The translations under genes and the position numbers were made by a program. DNA of 63,643 nucleotides, counting the filler, from Hyphochytrium catenoides (Eukaryota; Protista; Hyphochytriomycota), in NCBI GenBank assembly GCA_900088475.1. It is 7 parts of 7 records of this genome, joined end to end, with 100 filler letters (N's around TTAATTAATTAA, not from the genome) between each part and the next. Parts side by side here need not be neighbours in the genome. Positions count along the whole stretch, not along the records: positions 51,784 to 61,372 come from FLMG01002945.1; positions 61,473 to 63,643 come from FLMG01003664.1; 5 more parts are not named here. One strand, 5' to 3'. Under the pieces are notes generated by a model that saw only the letters and a program-made list of their open reading frames with translations, ran no database searches and had not been told where the DNA came from. Each line of letters begins with the position of its first letter. The first letter of the stretch is position 1. Shown here piece by piece: positions 58,435 to 63,643 of the stretch.

Positions 58435-61117
58435 TTATTTCTTCTTCGCTGTTGGCTCTCTCTCTCTCTCTGCGCTCAGACTATTTTTGTCCTGAATGGT
58501 CATCTCCTTTCTCTCTCTCTCTCTCCCACTTTGGTTGCTTGTCTCCTCTTCACTAAGGTCTTTCAGCGTTAATCTGGGAGGCTCTCCGCCACGGAGTAAA
58601 AAGTCCATCACACTCCTAGCCCCAGAGAACATCAGGTGGCTCTTCACTTCTGCAGCGTACCTGGCATTACATAGCCAAGCAAGAGAGAGAGAGAAAGCAG
58701 AGAAAGAAGGAAACATTTAGAGCAATTGATGAACAACCTGACTTATCAGAGTAGAAACCAGCCAAACAGGAGGAGAAAGGGGATGAATTGATGAAGTGCA
58801 GCAATCCACCAGAGTAGCCCATCGCTCTCTCTCTCTTTCTCTCTCTCTCCCCTTTCGTCAGTTGTAGCCCTTCCTCTCAGAAGAAAGATTGTGCTCTCTC
58901 TCTTTCTCTCCTCTCTCTCTCTCCGCCTGTGTCTTCTGCGGCTTACCTCTTTGTCGCTGGTCTCCCTCCCTTAGCCAAGCAGTGTACTCTCATATACTGG
59001 ACAGAGATAGTGCTCTCTCTTCCGTTTTTACCGTCTCTTCTCTCCTCTCTCTCCCACTTGCACTCTCCCTGTTGGTCCCAGTAGACATCGAAGTAGATTT
59101 GCTCTATACTCCGCGGAGGGGGAGAGAAGAGAGAGAGAGAGGGAAAAGCTCGCACGGCTGCAATAGAAATAAGCAAGAGGTTCTCTGCTGCGAGACAGAG
59201 AGAGAGAAGACCGGAGAAGAAGAGAAAGAAGAGAGCCGAGGCTGAAAAGAGAAAGCCCAAGCAAGTGAAGACTAGGGTTCCTAATAATAGCTGATCCACA
59301 TCGAACTCTTCATTGTCCACTCTCTTCCGCAGCACATTCTTCTTCTTGCCTAAAAATTAGCATCGGAGAGGGAGACGGAGAGAAAGAGACCCGACAGGAA
59401 AAAGGAGGAAGACAGTGATTAATGGAAGAAGACAAAGAGAGATAGAGAGGGGGAGAGAAAGGAGGAGAAAAGAGAGAAGAGAAGAGCCACAGAGAGAGAG
59501 AGAGAGCACGAGAGCGAGCGAGAAAGTAAGAGAGAGAGGGAAAGAGAGAGGGAGAGAGAGAGAGAAGAAGGTGATTAGACTCTTAAAATAATTGAAAACT
59601 TGATGCTAGCACGAAGCACGCGGACGACGGAAGAGAAATGCGGAAGCACTGAATAAAGGCAAGGCTACCCTAGGAAAAGGAGTCGGAGAGAGAGGTAGAG
59701 AGAGAGAGAGAGAGCAAGAGAGAGAGCACGAGAGAGACACAGATAGAAGACAAAAGGATAGAGGAGAGAGCTTACAAAGGTGGAGAGAGCCAAGAGAGCG
59801 GACGACAGTAGAGTTCACCTCGAAAGTCCAACCAATAAGAGAGGAAAGATAGCAATACAATCTCTCTCTCTCTTGGTCTCTCTCCTTTCTTCTCTTACCT
59901 ATGAAGAGCTTGCAGAGAGAGGAGAGAACGTGGAGCTTGGCTCTGTAAAAAAGAGAGAAGACTCGTTGTAGTCCGTGGAGATGCAGAGATAAGCCATAGA
60001 TTATATCGGACGCCAGGGAGAGTTGAGCTGTCACTCCCAGAAAACCAAAGAGAGAGAAGAGAAACAGAATCAGCGGAGAGAGAGAAGGAACAGCAACGAG
60101 GAGAAATGTCTCCCATAACGAGAGAAGAGAGAGAATGTGTCTCCCAAAGAATTGAGAGAGAGGAGAGTTGATCTTGAAGCCGCCTGGATTGTCCATCAGC
60201 CACTCCACCCCTGCCCGCACTGTCTCTCTCTCTCTCTCCCATGCTTCTTTCTCCCAAGAGGAGAAGACAGGAGCTGCTGTCTTGGAGAAGAGAAAGAGAG
60301 CCGACAAAGAGAGACCCAGGATCACATCCAAGACGTTAAGTGGGCCGTATGTCACCTTGGCCTCTTTCTTTCTCTTTCCCTCTTTCTGAGCTTTCTCCCA
60401 AAGAAGATGGCTAGAAGTGCGAGAGAGAAACAAAGGGAAGAGAGGACATATTCTAAAGAAAGAGAGGAGAAGAGAAAGAACCCCCATTCGCAGGAGAGAG
60501 ACAAGTGTCACCACGGCCTCTAGCAGTAGTTTAACTGCTAGAAAGGGCATATCTCTCTTTCTCTTTCTCTCTCCTTCTCCTGAAAATATCTCGTCCGCCT
60601 CCTCAGCAGAAGAAGGGAGAGACTGTTTCTCTCTCACTCTTTCTAAAGCGCATTGGGTGCGCTTGGCAGCGCGCAGCGCCTCCTGAAGCCCTTGAAGAAA
60701 GGGTCTTCTCTCTTCTGAGATGTGCGCACATTGTTCGCCTTCTATCGTAAGTGTATCATTATAGAGAATGACATGCACGAGAGAAAAGGAGAGAGAGAGA
60801 GAAGATGAGGGAGACGGAGAAGAAGAAGAAGAGAGAGAGGAAGAGACAGACGGAGAGAGAAGAGAGAGACCCTGGAGAGAGCGTACGGTTGGGCACAATT
60901 TTCCTTGGGAGGCCATGGAAAGCTCAATCCAGAAAGAGAGAGAGTTTTCCAACGGCTCGTTCTCTTTCCTCTTTCTCTTCTTCTCTCCTAACTCTGTCTC
61001 TTCACCGTGATATATACCCAGGACTGAGAGGTGCAAGGGAGAGAGAAGGCCGCTTGAGAAAGGAGAAGATGTCTCTTCTCTCCTTTTGCCCCACAAGCCG
61101 TTGGAGACATGTTCTAG
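58435..61117 (-). CDS. PIGQ: GPI-GlcNAc transferase subunit PIG-Q/GPI1, at least 4 exons, 5' end uncertain
   Basis: EWLMDNPGGFKINSPLSQFFG, LSSLCKLFI/GKKKNVLRKRVD...DVDQLLLGTLVFT. Confidence 0.9.
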
Positions 61118-61372
61118 AGCCGGAGGGAGAGGGAGAGAGAGAGAGAGAGAGAGAGTAAGCGAGCGAGAGAGAGAACAAGGACTATAAGTCAAGGAAGGGG
61201 GGAGAAGAGGAGACACAGATTGAGAAGACAGATAATACGTAAGACTCGTGGCCACGTATTTATGGAGAGACATCACAAGAGAGAGGAGAAGAGAGAAGCG
61301 AAGAGAGAGAAAGAGAGAGAAAGAGAGACAGACGTCTGGCTTGAGAGCGAAGGGGTTTCCGAGAGAGAAAGA

Positions 61373-61472
61373 NNNNNNNNNNNNNNNNNNNNNNNNNNNN
61401 NNNNNNNNNNNNNNNNTTAATTAATTAANNNNNNNNNNNNNNNNNNNNNNNNNNNNNNNNNNNNNNNNNNNN
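61373..61472. other. Artificial scaffold spacer
   Basis: N44-TTAATTAATTAA-N44. Confidence 0.97.
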
Positions 61473-61929
61473 CATTGCTCTTCCGGTCTACCCGCCTCTC
61501 TCCTCTCCCATTGAGAAGTTCACCTGGATACACGCCATTGTCAAGAACCATGTACGTACTCCAACAGAGAAGAGACAAGAGAGAGAGAGAGAGACAGAGA
61601 CAGATCGGGAGAGAGAGACAGAGAGAATGGGAACGTGGGATCGACAACGAGTCAAAGAGAAAGAAGGGAACTAGAACAAGGTAGACATGAACGAAGAGAG
61701 ACGGACCAGGAAGAGAGAGAGAGAGAGAGAAAGAAGGATAGAGCGTGGATCTAACCAAGCGAGAGAGAGAGAGATAGGGCCGCTGTACTCTTTCTCCCCT
61801 TACAGACCATGAAATTGCCTTCTCCTCTTTTCTGTTCCACTCTTTCTCCTTCAATTTCGTCAAGTCTTCGGTTTTGCGTACTCTTTTGCTCTCTCTCTCG
61901 CATACCTAATTTCTCCTCAGTTTACCCTC

Positions 61930-61969
<40 letters not shown>

Positions 61970-62525
61970 CGTCTCTCTCCCTCCACTTGCAGGGCACAGT
62001 ATTCAACACGAAAGCAAGGGCTCCTGTGATGCTTTTCTTTGAGGTGGAAAGAGAGAGACAGAGTGACGAGGAAATGGAAGAGGAAGCGGAAGAGCTAGGG
62101 AAGAGAGAAGAGAAGAGAGAGGGAGAGAAAGAGAAAGAGGAGATGGAGATAGAAAAGAAACCCTCGAAGGGTAGACTAATGAGGCAAAAAAGCCGCTACT
62201 CCTTCCGTCAAATTAGCTCCAAGTTAGGAGAGGTAAAGAGCTGTTTCCCTATGTGCCCTCTCTCTCTCTCTCTCTCTCTCTTTCCCTTTGAACTTCTCTC
62301 TCTCCCCTTACATGTCTCTCTTTCGGACCTTGCTCATTCTTATGGTCTTTCTCTCTCTTTTTCTTTCTCAATAGGCTCAATGTAATGCCTTCTTTCCCTA
62401 CGTTCTTCTCTCTTTTGTCTCTCCTCTTGTCATTTCTTCTCTCTCTTCCATTTGCCATCGCACTTCTAGTCTCTCCTCATTTTCTCTCCCTTGCTTCTCG
62501 TCCCTACGTCAGTTGTCCCAAAAAA

Positions 62526-62581
<56 letters not shown>

Positions 62582-63456
62582 GCGTCAATTGCATAGGCCA
62601 CATTAGTTGTTGAGGCCATCAAAAACAGGGAAAGAAGTGAGCCTTTCGAAGCTGCGGCAATGGGTCAGGCCTTGGAAGATCTGATAGAGATTATTGAGAG
62701 ATTTCCAGACTCTGTCGACAAACAGCAAGCCTTAGACCAAGCAAACTTCATGAAGACGCTACTCTATGGAGACAACCGCGCAACCTCTGGGGACGATAGT
62801 CCCACACACGCTCCACAGATGGAGCAACTTTCAATGGGAGCTGTATGTTCAACAACGGAGCATCGGGAGCTTGTCTTTGGCACTCCGATGGCGGATAGAG
62901 AGAAGGCGATAGCGGAAAACTCTTCCCTATCAAAGACACTGCTCAACTGGAGCTGCATGTCTTTATTGCGAAAAGTAACGATGATCTTCGTCAGGAAGTA
63001 TTCTGTCTTCAGCTAATCCACGAAATGCAGATGGTTTTCGAGGTGGAAGGACTTGGTGAGTCTATAAGAAACACATTGTCGTCCCCGTCATCGGGACTGT
63101 CGAACTCAAAAAATGCCGATCTGCCATACATTTACTAATAACACTTATCTCTCCGTAAAATCTGTAATCTCAATCTGCAGATCTCTGGCTCCGGCCTTAT
63201 CGGCTAACCGCCACCAGTTCTAACTCTGGATACATAGAGACACTCTCCGGCTGTACCTCTCTAGACGGTCTAAAGAAGGCAACGGGAGGAATGACCCTGA
63301 AGGATCACTGGCGGTGTATGTATGGGGAAGAAGAGAGTCCGGCCTTCCAGGTAGCTCTCCGTAATCTTGTGAGCAGCCTTGCAGGTTATTCGGTGGCATG
63401 CTATGTGCTGGCCATAAAAGACAGGCATAATGGAAACATCATGATTTCGGAGGAGG
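61473..63456 (+). CDS. Type III phosphatidylinositol 4-kinase (beta-like), internal fragment with one apparent frameshift
   Basis: VFNTKARAPVMLFFEV, FIAKSNDDLRQEVFCLQLI, LWLRPY, SLDGLKK, SLAGYSVACYVLAIKDRHNGNIMI. Confidence 0.9.
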
Positions 63457-63643
63457 TAACGTGGCTCACCACTCTCTCAGACCTCCTTCTGCCTGCTTTC
63501 ACTCTCTTCTCTTTTCCGGTTTGGACGGGAGAGAGAGAGAGAAAAAGAGAGAGAGACTCTCTCTTCGTCCTCTTTACAGATCTTTCTCTCTCTTCATCGT
63601 ATTGTCCTCATATGGTCTTTCTTTCTCATCCCCCGCGATCGTC

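Noticed and set aside
21007-61472. Six copies of the palindrome TTAATTAATTAA as a biological repeat or recombination site
   Set aside because: Always centred in exactly 100 nt with N44 on each side. It is a six-frame stop linker used to concatenate scaffolds.

Overview
Eukaryotic, intron-rich genomic DNA from a protist, probably a stramenopile. This is inferred from TTAGGG telomeres, a CDPK, an EDR2-like PH-START-DUF1336 protein, a CBM1-bearing GH5, a REJ-domain protein and a CxxCxxPKxGHxC protein. The window is not contiguous: six identical 100-nt spacers (N44-TTAATTAATTAA-N44) join seven separate scaffolds. Scaffold 1 (1-21006) is compact and gene-dense: EDR2-like, MRNIP, a FET/TAF15-like RRM+zf-RanBP protein, PRA1, CDPK, CAPZB, tRNA-Leu(AAG) and an SLC35B/UAA transporter. 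Scaffold 2 holds part of a polycystin/REJ-like surface protein. Scaffold 3 holds a convergent pair of intronless secreted-protein genes (an unknown protein and a 3xCBM1-GH5 mannanase) among (AG)n/(CT)n tracts. Scaffold 4 is a chromosome end with telomere, degenerate subtelomeric satellite and a Ty1/Copia relic. Scaffolds 5-7 carry a zinc-knuckle protein, an unknown coiled-coil gene, PI31, COX14-like, PIG-Q and a partial PI4-kinase. Most spliced models were built by hand from splice phases. No unambiguous new system is evident. The best leads are microsatellite introns of opposite polarity, a transmembrane hairpin inserted into a START domain, a bacterial-looking GH5 with CBM1 modules, a recurrent intergenic TGATWATCA palindrome and the subtelomere structure.
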